Assembly: GCA_963766075.1 (NCBI GenBank)
Contig: CAVYAN010000072.1
Span: 96,001-160,000, forward strand
Length of the DNA: 64,000 nucleotides
Reading direction: 5' to 3'
From: an uncultured cyanobacterium
Lineage (GTDB): Bacteria; Cyanobacteriota; Cyanobacteriia; Leptolyngbyales; Leptolyngbyaceae
In this document: piece by piece, positions 1-10,836 of the stretch
How positions within the stretch are numbered: position 1 is the first letter of the stretch
Layout: each line of letters opens with the position of its first letter
Notes under the pieces: model-generated
What the model was told of the DNA's origin: nothing
What the model saw: the letters and a program-made list of their open reading frames with translations, nothing else
Databases searched by the model: none
Translations under genes and position numbers: made by a program

Positions 1-1339
1 GTCCTGAGTGCGCTGCCCGCATTCTATATTGTGCTGCGACTCAATCGGCAGCAGTATCAGTGGAACCAAAAAATCACCACCGATCAGCGCTGGCTGATGT
101 ACTACGAATTACTGCTGACCAACAGCGCCGTAGCCGCCGAAGTCCGCCTGTTTGACTATGGTGACTACATTCGCACCGCTTACCAACGGATTCGTAAACG
201 CCTGCGGCAAGAACGATTGGCGCTGGTTCAGAGCCAAGGACTAGGCCGATTCGGGGCGGGCCTGATTGCCCTCACGCTCTCTAGCTTAGCCCTAGTGTGG
301 ATGGGACATCAATTGCTTTTGGGTGTGCTCAAGCTGGGTGATCTGGCGCTGTTTTATCAGGCGTTTACCCGAGGCCAGGGCATGGTCAGCGCTATTTTTG
401 GGGGACTCGGGCAGCTCTATCAAAATAGTTTATTTATGGGTGACTTGTTTGATTTCCTGAAGCTGCAGCCCCAAATTGTCGATCCACCCCAGCCATTGCC
501 CCTGCCGCAGTCCATGCAGTCCGGCATTCAGTTTAAAGGGGTGCGATTTTGCTATCCTGGGGCACCCCAGTCCCACCTTGGATAACTTTAATTTAACGAT
601 TCCGGCAGGCCAGATTGTGGCGATCGTGGGCGACAATGGCGCGGGCAAAAGCACACTGATTAAGTTACTCTGCCGACTCTACGATCCCCAGGCTGGATGC
701 ATCGAAATCGATGGGCAAGATATCCGCCAATTTTCCGTCAAGGCGCTGCGGCGATTCATTACCGTGCTGTTTCAGTCTCCCATTCCCTACTACACGACGG
801 CCACGGAGAACATCACCCTCAGTGATATTCACACGCCACCGCCCGCCGGGGCCATTGAAGCTGCGGCTAGGGCCGCTGGCATCCACGACAAGCTGCTGAG
901 TTTGCCCAGTGGGTACCAAACCCTATTGGGCAAGCTGTTTCCCGAAGGTACGGAGTTGAGTGGTGGCCAGTGGCAGCGGTTGGCTCTCGCCCGAGCTTTT
1001 TTCCGTCAGGCTCCGCTGATTATTTTGGATGAGCCGACCAGTGCCATGGATTCCTGGGCCGAGTTTGACTGGTTAAAGCGGTTTCGTCACCTGGCCCACG
1101 GGCGCACGGCGGTGGTGATTACCCATCGGTTTACCTTGGCCATGCAGGCGGATGTGATCCATGTGATGCGGGCGGGCCAAATTGTGGAAACGGGCACCCA
1201 CCGTGAGCTGTTGGATCAGGCTGGAATCTATGCCCAATCGTGGCGATCGCAAATGGAAACGCCTGCCGATGCAGCAGTTGAAGCCCTGGACACCGCCAAT
1301 AGCCCTGCTCAAAATCTCGCCGGAAAATTCTCACCATAG
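1..1339 (+). CDS. ABC transporter permease/ATP-binding protein (peptide exporter type); 5' end outside window; 1-bp frameshift near 565
   Basis: ORF 31-585 gives TM helices. ORF 476-1339 gives Walker A GDNGAGKST, signature LSGGQ, Walker B IILDE and the H-loop. Removing one C from gcaccccagt restores YPGAPSPTLDNF. Confidence 0.9.
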
Positions 1340-1371
1340 GGTTTTCTCGGGCAAACCATGCCGCCATCCCC

Positions 1372-2097
1372 ACACTGTCGTCTCATCCTCAAGGCCATGT
1401 GAATCCTATGCAAACAACCCGCTTGCCGCATTCGCCCGATCTACCTTCGCCAGACCCGCTACAGTCGGTGCCCCAGAACGTTCAGCCGCCCATCTCGCCA
1501 GAAATGAATTTGCTGATCGACTGTGCCCGCACCCAGATTGCCGATCCAATGGCGCAACACATTCGGGCGCTCTGTGGCTCGGCGTTGGATTGGGCGGTGC
1601 TGTTGCAGCTTGCCCAGCAGCATCGCCTGCTGCCCTTGCTGTACATTAACCTGAACACCATTTGTCCGGAGTTAGTGCCCGCGCCCATACTGCAAGAGTT
1701 GCAAAGGCTCTATCGACAAAACGGGCTACACTGTCGTCTCATCCTCAAGGTCATGTCCTCCAGGTCATGTGAATCCTATGCCAACACCCTGCTTGCCGCA
1801 TTCGCCCAATCTAGATTCGCCAGATCGGCTACAGTCAGTGCCCCAGAACGTTCAGCCGCCCATCTCGCCAGAAATGAATTTGCTGATCGACTGTGCCCGC
1901 ACCCAGATTGCCGATCCAATGGCGCAACACATTCGGGCGCTCTGTGGCTCGGCGTTGGATTGGACGGTGCTGTTGCAGCTTGCCCATCAGCATCGCCTGC
2001 TGCCCTTGCTGTACATTAACTTGAACACCATTTGTCCGGAGTTAGTGCCCGCGCCCATACTGCAAGAGTTGCAGAGCCTCTATCGACAAAACGGACT
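1372..2097 (+). repeat. Imperfect tandem duplication (~356 bp unit) of the 5' end of the nucleotidyltransferase gene
   Basis: acactgtcgtctcatcctcaagg starts at both 1372 and 1728. The centres are nearly identical, with substitutions mainly near the ends. Confidence 0.95.
1399..1727 (+). pseudogene. Truncated duplicate N-terminus of nucleotidyltransferase family gene
   Basis: The first ~110 aa match ORF 1769-2689, then the ORF reads out of frame into copy 2. Confidence 0.8.
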
Positions 2098-3074
2098 GCA
2101 TAATCTCCGCTTTACAGGGGAGCTGATCCAACTCTTGAAGAGCTTAAAGGCACAGGGGTTTGAGGCGGTGCCCTTTAAAGGCCCGGTGTTGGCGATCGCG
2201 GCCTATGGAAATTTGAACCTGCGGATGTTTGGCGATCTGGATATTTTGGTACAGACCAAAGACTATCTGCCCGTCCGGAACTTCCTGATCAGCCAAGGCT
2301 ATAGGACGGGTGAATCATGGCATTTTTCCAAAGCAGAAGAAGAAGCCCATATCACCTGGTTTGGTGAATGTGCCCTCATCCACCCGGAGCGGCGGGTCTC
2401 GATTGACCTGCATCAACGTTTAGTCGCGGGCTATTTATTTCGACTTTCTAGAAACTTTGATGCGATCTGGACGCGGCTAAAACCGATCGCGATCTTAGAA
2501 AAAACGGTGGAAAGCCTCAAGCCGGAGGACTTGCTTTTATATCTATGCATCCATGGCACCAAGGATTTCTGGCAACGCCTCACTTGGATCTGTGATATTT
2601 CCGAATTGATTGAGAGACACCCCACACTGCAATGGGATGAAGTGTTCGAGCAAGCCAAAGAACACGGGCAGAGCGGATGCTGCGCTTAGGGCTGGCCCTC
2701 GCGCATCAGATTTTAGGCACAGTCTTACCCTCCTGAAATTCAGGCCAAGATCCGAACGGATGTCTCCCTGGAGCGGGTAGTCTAGCGACCTCCGCCAGAA
2801 GATATACCACAACACAAACACACCACCCGGCAGGGTGACACCCAATGAGTTTTGGTACTACATGCAAGTGATGGACAATTGGCTAGAGCGCTTACATCTT
2901 AGCCGCCTCTACCTATGGCATTGGACGTTCTTTTCAGTGCAGAAATGGATTCGGCCCACCGCTAACGATCGCCTGTTTTGTCAATTGCCGGATGCTTGGT
3001 ACGGTCTGTACTATCTGATTCGTCCTTTCCGCTTAACAACTAAACTGCTGGGTTTAGCGAGACGGCACCCGTAA
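1769..3074 (+). CDS. Nucleotidyltransferase family protein (NTP_transf_5-like), frameshifted at 2670-2790
   Basis: Motifs FKGPVLA, RMFGDLDILV, IDLH and LCIHG..W.RL.WICDI. The C-terminus continues in other frames (ERMLRLGLALAHQILG; LYYLIRPFRL, stop 3074). Confidence 0.8.
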
Positions 3075-3194
3075 TGCACTGGGCGGATCGCGCGATCGCC
3101 CGCTTTCGGGGAAAGGAGTACGCCAGAACTGGCCTATACTTGAAGGTGACTAAGATCTGATATTTCCTTCCGCTCCCGCAGGGGAGAGCGAGTT

Positions 3195-4031
3195 GTGATG
3201 TACCAACCGACTTATCCAAGCAATGCCCCCCGACCTCCGGCGGAAACGTTGCCCACGATGTACGATTTGCCCAGTGAAGATCCGGAGGATCTTGATCTGA
3301 GCAATGCGCCGCGACCTCCGGCAGAAGTGCTGCCCACGATGTACGATTTGCCCAGTGAAGATCCGGAGGAGCCCGGTTTGCCCGATGAATTTCATGATTT
3401 TCAGCCGAAGTTGCTGCGTGAGACGTATCAGCGGATCGGGGAGGGTGTGGAGCCAGTGTTTATCGGGGCTGACCTGAATCTTTATTACGATGCCCGCCAT
3501 CCGCGTTGGTATAAACGCCCGGATTGGTTTTTGGTGTTGGGGGTGATCTCGGGAACGCAGCAAAGCGATTTGCGGTTGAGCTATGTGACGTGGCAAGAGG
3601 GCGTTGACCCATTTTTAGTGGTGGAGCTGCTGTCACCGGGAACGGAGGCGGAGGATTTGGGGCAGACGTTGCGCGAGGTGAATCAGCCGCCAACAAAGTG
3701 GCATGTGTATGAGCAAATTTTGCGGATTCCTTACTATGCCGTGTTTGACCGCTACACGATGCAGTTTCGCTTGTTTCGGCTAGTGGCCACGCACTATGAA
3801 GAACTCCCACTGGACGATCGCCGCTATTGGTTTGCGGAGTTGCAGTTGGGTCTGGGGGTGTGGTCGGGCCGGTATAGCGGCGTGGAGGGCCAATGGTTGC
3901 GTTGGTATGACGGGGCGGGGCATTGGCTGGCGACGGCGGTGGAGCGGGCGGAACAGGAAGCCCAACGGGCGGACCGATTGGCGGCTCGGTTGCGATCGCT
4001 CGGCATTGATCCGGACCAAATTGATGACTAA
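3195..4031 (+). CDS. Uma2/DUF820 family endonuclease-like protein
   Basis: LPTMYDLPSEDPEEPGLPDEFH, RPDWFLV, PFLVVELLSPGT and the C-terminal ADRLAARLRSLGIDPD typical of cyanobacterial Uma2. Confidence 0.9.
   Translation: MMYQPTYPSNAPRPPAETLPTMYDLPSEDPEDLDLSNAPRPPAEVLPTMYDLPSEDPEEPGLPDEFHDFQPKLLRETYQRIGEGVEPVFIGADLNLYYDARHPRWYKRPDWFLVLGVISGTQQSDLRLSYVTWQEGVDPFLVVELLSPGTEAEDLGQTLREVNQPPTKWHVYEQILRIPYYAVFDRYTMQFRLFRLVATHYEELPLDDRRYWFAELQLGLGVWSGRYSGVEGQWLRWYDGAGHWLATAVERAEQEAQRADRLAARLRSLGIDPDQIDD
3220..3370 (+). repeat. 81-bp in-frame tandem duplication in the Uma2 N-terminus
   Basis: SNAPRPPAE(T/V)LPTMYDLPSEDPE occurs twice. Confidence 0.95.
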
Positions 4032-4211
4032 TATTGATGACCAAATTGAGGCGTAGGCGATCGCGTTGGGGGCGGCGAGACTCCGATCCATTGCACGGCC
4101 TCGGGGTGATGGCGTCGCTTGGGCGATAGAATAAAATAAGCAGGGCTAGAATCAGCAGAACTTGCGTCACCCATGAGGACTGCATGATTTCCCTTCAGTA
4201 CTTCGTTCCAG

Positions 4212-4764
4212 AGGGTTTCCGCGATCGCGCCACAACCGATTACAGGACCGCCTGGTATTGTACTGCGGGGGATTAGTTGGGCAACCTATCAAGCACTGGT
4301 GCGCGAACTTGAGTGCCAACCAACCAAACGCTTCACCTATGATCAGGGTCTGCTGGAAATTTTCATGCCCCTACCCCCTCATGAAAGCTATAAGCGCTGG
4401 ACCGGTCGTTATTCAAAACGAGGCCACCATCCGGGGGAAAATGAACATCGATTTAGCGATCGACCCACCACCGGATTTGGCCATCGAAATTGATATCACG
4501 AGTCCGTCACTGCCTCGCTTACCGATCTATGGAGCGCTGGGGATTCCTGAGGTCTGGCGGTTTGATGGAGAAAACATGGTGCTGCTTGCCCTTGTCGGTG
4601 GTAGCTATCAGGAAATCCAAACTTCGATCGCGCTGCCCAGGGTGACTCCAGCCGTTTTGCAAACCTGGCTGAGCCAAGCAATCACGATGGGCGAAACCCA
4701 TTGGGCCAAGGCCCTGCGTCGCTGGGTCCGGGAGCAATCAACTCGGGCAACAGAGCTGAATTAA
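4212..4764 (+). pseudogene. Uma2/DUF820 pseudogene with internal deletion
   Basis: IVLRGISWATYQAL..RFTYDQGLLEIFMPLPPHE in one frame joins out of frame near 4410 to IQNEATIRGK..PPPDLAIEIDITS..GIPEVWRFDG. The central PD-motif segment is missing. Confidence 0.8.
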
Positions 4765-4940
4765 ACAGGCAAAACGTCACGGTGGGGCTTGAGACGGATT
4801 ATACCGGTGCCGATTTTCTCTACCAATACTCCGGACACTTTTGCCGACGTTTGCCATGCGGGTTTGAAGCACCTGGCGGTCATCTCAGAGGGGATGGCTG
4901 TGAAGTTAAGCGAGTATTGGTTGTGCGAAGTCTGTAGGGG

Positions 4941-5173
4941 ATATGACTTTGAGGTGCCCTTTGATAACAATCAAGCGGAGCGCGATATTCGCATGATGAA
5001 GTTGAAGCAGAAAATCTCAGGTTCGTTTCGCTCTCAGGCTGGGGCTCAGATGTTCTGTCGCATTCGCGGCTATCTCTCTACTCTCAGGAAACAAGGCATT
5101 GATGTGTTGGATGCCTTGACGAGTCTTTTTATGGGCGATCTTATCGTCCCCGACTTCTCCGCTGAGTAGTTAC
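4941..5173 (+). mobile_element. IS66-family transposase 3' remnant with right terminal inverted repeat
   Basis: [42 protein letters not shown]. Ends in gctgagtagttac (5161-5173; reverse complement GTAACTACTCAGC, a GTAA-type end). Confidence 0.85.
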
Positions 5174-5295
5174 CGCCTATCAATGAATGGGGGCGCTGGA
5201 TGAGTGCAGGCGGGCGATCGCCTAGGCCCTGTTATCTGCTTAGCCCGAACAACTTAACCCCAACACCTCACCCGAACACCTGAGGTCAAATTAAC

Positions 5296-5796
5296 TTAGC
5301 CCGGAACAAACCGTAACGACACCCCATTGATGCAGTAGCGTTTCCCTGTGGGCTTCGGTCCATCTTCAAATACATGTCCCAGGTGCCCGCCGCAGCGCCG
5401 ACACTTCACTTCCACCCGCGTCATCGCAAAGGATTTGTCGATGGTGGTTTCCACAGCCCCGTCAATCGGCGCATAGAAGCTAGGCCAACCGGTCGTACTG
5501 CTATATTTGGTTTTTGCAGTGAATAGTGGCAATTCGCAACCGGCACAAAAAAAAGTCCCCTGACCCCGTTCCTGATCTAAAGGACTGCTGCCAGCACGCT
5601 CTGTACCCTGCTGACGCAACACCCGAAATTGCTCTGGAGTAAGAATTTTGCGCCATTCCTGTTCGGTTTTAACAATTTTGAATGCCGGGTTTGCTGTTGT
5701 TGCTAGGGATTCTCTAGCTCTTCGCGGTACATAGTGGGACAAGCCGACGGTGCCAACTATCGCGGTGGCTGTCCATAGGAAATATCGTCTTTTCAT
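5296..5796 (-). CDS. msrB: Peptide-methionine (R)-S-oxide reductase with probable Tat signal
   Basis: GTER, CAGC, GWPSF, CRRCGGHLGHVFEDGP and RYCING motifs; N-terminal KRRYFL followed by a hydrophobic stretch. Confidence 0.95.
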   Translation of the reverse strand: MKRRYFLWTATAIVGTVGLSHYVPRRARESLATTANPAFKIVKTEQEWRKILTPEQFRVLRQQGTERAGSSPLDQERGQGTFFCAGCELPLFTAKTKYSSTTGWPSFYAPIDGAVETTIDKSFAMTRVEVKCRRCGGHLGHVFEDGPKPTGKRYCINGVSLRFVPG

Positions 5797-6079
5797 GGGG
5801 CAGTGTGTTCCTGTTGCGGTTCAGAAGATAATTTCAGGGGGTAATTTAGCTGCTAACTCAACGGGGACTGACGCAATCGCAATCGCGCAATCGTACTCTC
5901 AATGAAATGATGCGCAAATACTCTGAATGGGTGGTGAGGAATATCTGAAAGTCCGCTAAGAATAGCGCGATCGCACCTGCGTCTGGTGAGTCAAATATCA
6001 GCTATCGGGTATCAACTATCACGCTTTCAACGTCATTATCTATGCCATGATCCAGAGACAGGCGCGATCGCAGAACTAG

Positions 6080-7135
6080 ATGAAGGACTCCCTCAAACGC
6101 ATTCAAGTCGGGGCCACCTGCTTTGCCCTTATTTTCGGCATGGCCGTCACCGGCTATCGGATGGCGGGTTGGAGTCTATTGGATGCCATTTACATGGTCG
6201 TGATTACAGTATTTGGCGTGGGCTTTGGCGAAGTCAGGCCCATGAGTCCTTATCTGCGCATTTTTACCATTTTTGTCATCGTGTCAGGATATACCGCCGT
6301 CGCCTATATCGTCGGTGGATTTCTGCAACTGATTACCGAAGGCGAAATTAACCGAGCATTGGGAGCCAGACGCATGAAAAAGGACATTGCGACCCTCAAA
6401 CAGCATGTGATTATCTGTGGCTACGGGCGACTGGGACAAATCCTCGCGCACAAAATGGTGGAATCTCAACAGCCCTTTGTCATTATTGACAATAGCCTCA
6501 ACCGGGTGGAAACCGTGGCGGCCATGGGCTATTTGGTTTGTCACGGTAATGCCACAGATGAAGAAATTTTGGAAGCGGCGGGCATTCAACAGGCCAAGGC
6601 CCTGACGACGGTATTGCCAGATGATGCGGCCAATGTGTTCATTACTCTGACCGCGCGCAGCCTCAATCCGAATTTGGTGATTCTGGCACGGGGGGAGTTT
6701 CCTTCTACTGAAAAAAAGCTGAAGCAAGCGGGGGCGGATCATGTCGTCCTGCCTGCCACGATCGGGGCGCTGCGCATGGCTCACATGATTACGCATCCGG
6801 CGGCGATCGAGTTCCTGGACCAAAACGATGGCCGGAGCAATCTGGATGAACTGCTGGCTCAAATCGACGTGCAATTGGACGAGTTTGCCATTCCTCCCCA
6901 TTCGCCCCTAGTGGGGACCAGTCTGGGGGATCTGCTCGTGCGGGGCAAGCGTAATTTTATTATTGTGGCGTTGCGCCGTGCTACTGGGAAAACCTTGACT
7001 AACCCCAGCGATACCATTCGTCTATCCGAAGGAGATACGCTGATTTTGATGGGCCATAAGGGGGATATTCCGCAAATTGCACAGCATTATGCACTGCAAC
7101 GACAAATGAAGTACCGGGGAATCCGAGCGCGGTAG
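6080..7135 (+). CDS. Potassium channel protein (2TM pore + TrkA-N/TrkA-C RCK domains)
   Basis: Pore loop ITVFGVGFGEV, Rossmann motif IICGYGRLG and a C-terminal TrkA-C domain. Confidence 0.88.
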   Translation: MKDSLKRIQVGATCFALIFGMAVTGYRMAGWSLLDAIYMVVITVFGVGFGEVRPMSPYLRIFTIFVIVSGYTAVAYIVGGFLQLITEGEINRALGARRMKKDIATLKQHVIICGYGRLGQILAHKMVESQQPFVIIDNSLNRVETVAAMGYLVCHGNATDEEILEAAGIQQAKALTTVLPDDAANVFITLTARSLNPNLVILARGEFPSTEKKLKQAGADHVVLPATIGALRMAHMITHPAAIEFLDQNDGRSNLDELLAQIDVQLDEFAIPPHSPLVGTSLGDLLVRGKRNFIIVALRRATGKTLTNPSDTIRLSEGDTLILMGHKGDIPQIAQHYALQRQMKYRGIRAR

Positions 7136-7202
7136 GAAGCCCCATCGTAGCCCTTGGGAATTAGCTGGGGGATTCTAATGGGGGAATTTATGGATGCCGT
7201 GT

Positions 7203-8198
7203 TTAGTTGTCTGACTTGGTCTCTGACTTGCTTTCTGGCTGGCGACTCAAACTTCGCACGATCGCCAGATATTGGCCTAAGAAGGGTAATCCACCGATCG
7301 CGGGTAACACATACCGCGATGTGCACAACACGCCCAAAGCGGCTGCGGTTTGGGCATTAAAAAACGGTTGATAGAACACAATCAGGGCGGCATCCCGTGT
7401 CCCGACACCCGCAAAGGTTAGCGGTAGTAAACCCGCCAAAATCGCCAACGGCGACAGGGCTAAATTGGTGATAAACGGCGTCCAGGCTTTGAGGGCCAGG
7501 ATAAAAAACCAGATTTGCAGCAAATGCAGAAACCAAATAAAGATCGACGTGAGGGTGATGGTGAGAAATTGGCGGCGATCGCCCCAGAAGTACCCATGCA
7601 TCTCGAGCCAAGAATCGCGGAGTTTGGAGAGCTTTAGCTTGATTTTTGGTGGGGCGATCGCTTGGACTATATCAAAAAACAACCGGGCAAACCCTTGGGA
7701 CCCTAGGAGCAACGCCAACAGTAAAAATCCCCCCAGCACACTGGCCGTCATCACGCCAAACAGCCAGTCCTTGTGGGGATACAGGACCAACCCAAAGGCG
7801 CACCACAGCAGCAGCGATAGCATGTCACACGCTTTCTCAAAAATCACCAGCGACAGGGACAGAGCGCCACTCAAATGACCGCGCTCCCGCATGAAATAGG
7901 CTTTGGCAATGTCACCCATTTTCGAGGGCAGCACCATATTCAGGACACTGGCCACCAAAATGAGGCGATTGGCCTCGCCAAAGCTCAGACTGGCGTTTTT
8001 GCCCCGTTGCCGATTTGGCATGAGCTGCTGCAATCGCCAAGCTGTGATCAGGGTAATCGGGATCACCATAGCCAGACTGATGGCCATCCACGGGCGATCG
8101 CACTGCTGCAACACAGCCACCAATCCACGAGCATCAATCTTCCAGTAGATCACCCCCAAAATCAAAAGGCTAACGGCGATGGAAACTAAACGCTTCAT
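7203..8198 (-). CDS. Lysylphosphatidylglycerol-synthase TM domain (flippase-like) membrane protein
   Basis: Multi-TM; NMVLPSKMGDIAK, EKACD and LPLTFAGVGTRDAA motifs. Start placed at MKRLV (8198). Confidence 0.8.
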   Translation of the reverse strand: MKRLVSIAVSLLILGVIYWKIDARGLVAVLQQCDRPWMAISLAMVIPITLITAWRLQQLMPNRQRGKNASLSFGEANRLILVASVLNMVLPSKMGDIAKAYFMRERGHLSGALSLSLVIFEKACDMLSLLLWCAFGLVLYPHKDWLFGVMTASVLGGFLLLALLLGSQGFARLFFDIVQAIAPPKIKLKLSKLRDSWLEMHGYFWGDRRQFLTITLTSIFIWFLHLLQIWFFILALKAWTPFITNLALSPLAILAGLLPLTFAGVGTRDAALIVFYQPFFNAQTAAALGVLCTSRYVLPAIGGLPFLGQYLAIVRSLSRQPESKSETKSDN

Positions 8199-8313
8199 GA
8201 CAATTTTGGTAAAGGGGGCGGGCCAGCAGCAGCCTCTGTTAAGGCTACCATTCCTCACCGAGCGCTTGGCTCCTAAACCGGGGCTTCTAAACCTCGGGCC
8301 TAAGCCTCGGGGC

Positions 8314-10639
8314 CTAAACCTTGGCCACCGCGATCGCCCGCACCTCAGCCGCGCGATCAAAGAGCACACGAGGTTTTAGCAAAATGCGACAGAGCAGCCA
8401 CAGCGATCGCAGTTCGCCGGGACTGTTATAGCGTTGCCACTGTCCGGGACGGCAGAAGAGCATTTCCACTAAGCGACGCTGTTGGGCAAGCTCGACGGTT
8501 TGAAATTGCACCCGTACCGAGGGAAATCCCTCATCCACACCGCTATGGGTGACGACGCCCTTCAGGGGCAGATCCTCCTCCAAAATTTCTAGGGTTACGG
8601 GCAGTTCGGCACCGGGAGCCAGAGGAGGGGAATCCAGATTGAGTCAACTGCACTTCGGCTCCTCCCTCGGACATCATGGTGGTGATTCCCAAAAACTGAC
8701 GGCGTTGGGGCTGTGTCGATGCCGGTTGCTCGGCTGGCATCGGTTCCGGCGTATCCACCCGCAACCAGATGGTTCGGCGTAAATCAAACCAGTCATTCGG
8801 ATCGGGTTTGGGCACATCCAGCAAAATTAATAGGGCAATGCCGATCATCACCAGGTTGTATAGACTCCAGAGCCAGCCGAGGCCGATCCCTTTGACTTGG
8901 AGGGCAATGTCCGGAGACACGGTGGTTTGCCATGCCCCTTTAACCATGCACAGGCCCAGATTGCGCCACAGGCTGACGGCAGTCATCCCGAACAGCCCAA
9001 TCAGCGGCAGAGCTAGATTCCAGTTGAAGGAAAAGCGATCGCGGGAGCCCCCCTTTGGCGTCACCTGAAACCCTTTAGAAAAAGGATTCAGGAACACTTG
9101 CAACACCGTCAACGCGAGGGGAAAGGTCAACACGAGGGAATAAATATCCGACAGCAGGGCCGAACGCGATCGATGGTTTAACCAGGCAAACACCGTCAAC
9201 TGCACCAAGTAGTAGGGCAGAAAGAAATACATCGTCTCTTCTGGAGTGGCCCGCAGGGGAATAATGCCCACAGAATAGACCAAGGGCACCAGCAGATAAC
9301 CGACGCGGGACAAACTCGTAAACCAGTGCAGCAAGCCTTCCAGATGGGCCAACCGCTGCAACGGCGTCAAGCCGGGAATCGTCAGGGGATTGGCTTCGAT
9401 GAAAAAGGCTTGCAGCGTGCCCCGCGCCCAACGCAGGCGTTGGGTAGCATGGGCAGCCATGTCATCGGCGGCCAGTCCAGCACTGAGCTTTTCATCCAGA
9501 TACACAAGCTGATAGCCCTGGGCCGACAGGCGAATGCCCGTGAAGTAGTCTTCGCTGAGGGAATCGGTAACAAAGCCTCCCGTGGCTTCCAGGGCTTTAC
9601 GGCGCACCACAAAGGAGGTGCCGGAGCAAATGACACTGCCAGCACCATCCCGAATGGGTTGAATTTGGCGATAGAAGACTTCTTCTTCCGGGGTGAGGAT
9701 GTTTTCTAAGCCGAGATTGCGGGCGATCGGGTCGGAATTATAGAAGCTCTGGGGGGTCTGGACGAGGCCGATGGTATCATCCTGGAAAAATCCGACGGTG
9801 CGGGTGAGAAAGTTGCGGGTGGGAACAAAGTCGGCATCAAAGACAACAATCAAGTCGCCATCGGTTTGGGCGATCGCGTGATTCAGATTTCCCGCTTTGG
9901 CATGGAGATTATCCGGTCGGGTCCGGTACTCACAGCCCAAGTCGGCGGCCAGGGCCTGAATTTCGGGACGGCGGGTGTCGTCTAGTAAATAGATCCGTTT
10001 ATGGGCATAGTCCAGGGCCTGACAGCCAATGATCGTCCGACGCAGAATAAAGGGCGGTTCGTTATAGGTCGGAATGAAAATATCAACGCTGGGCGTAAAT
10101 TGACCGGATTGGACGGCGACCGCGCAGGCATCGGCCTGCTGCCGGCGATCGCGCACTCGGAGCATCAGAAAAAGTTGAATGGTGCCGCTGCTCAACATCA
10201 CCAACTCCAGCACAAATAAGCCCACACTGACGAGGCCAGTTGTGGCATTGGAGAGGTTCAGGGTGGAGAGCGATCGCCACAGCAAATAGCGCCCGGTCAA
10301 CACCAGCAAAATGGTAACGACGATGGTGCGGGACCAGGGACGGGGGACGGGGGAAACTTTCATAATCCCCCAGGCGACTACAAACAAAATCACGGTTGGT
10401 GCAATCAAGTATTCCCCGGCCACCATGGGTACGGCTAACCACAGGGGCGGGGACTCCTGCATCCGATTCAGTTGCCAGAAAATGCGCCCAATCGTATTCT
10501 CATGGGCAAACCAGGCCGCACAAATGCCCGCCGTCAGCAACAGTACAGCCACCATCACCAGCGTGGCCGTGGGGGGGCGTAAGGGCGATCGCCGTCGCGG
10601 TTTCGGGATCACAGGTTGACTCACGTCCGAAATTGTCAT
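8314..10639 (-). CDS. Cellulose-synthase-like GT2 (BcsA-like) with C-terminal PilZ-like region, frameshift near 8600
   Basis: PTYNE, LLDD, HAKAGNLN, FDAD, QTPQ, SEDY, QRLRW and FQVTPK motifs. The C-terminus continues in ORF 8314-8583 (RRLVEMLFCRPGQW). Confidence 0.85.
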
Positions 10640-10836
10640 GCCGGGAATTCTCCAACAGAGGGTGATCACGCATTCATCTTGGGCCTTGTAGCGCCCAAAA
10701 CAGAGCCGGCCAAGGGGTTCAAGGTAACTACGTCAAGGCATTGGACTTAGATTCACGGGAGACAGCGAGATTCCACCTTAAAACAGATGCCAAACCAGAT
10801 GCCTGCCTCCCCCGCTACAGACTACAGAATTTTTCA

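Noticed and set aside
3460..4185. 241-aa antisense ORF and other long shadow ORFs
   Set aside because: They lie opposite well-supported genes and have low-complexity Pro/Arg-rich translations typical of GC-rich antisense frames.
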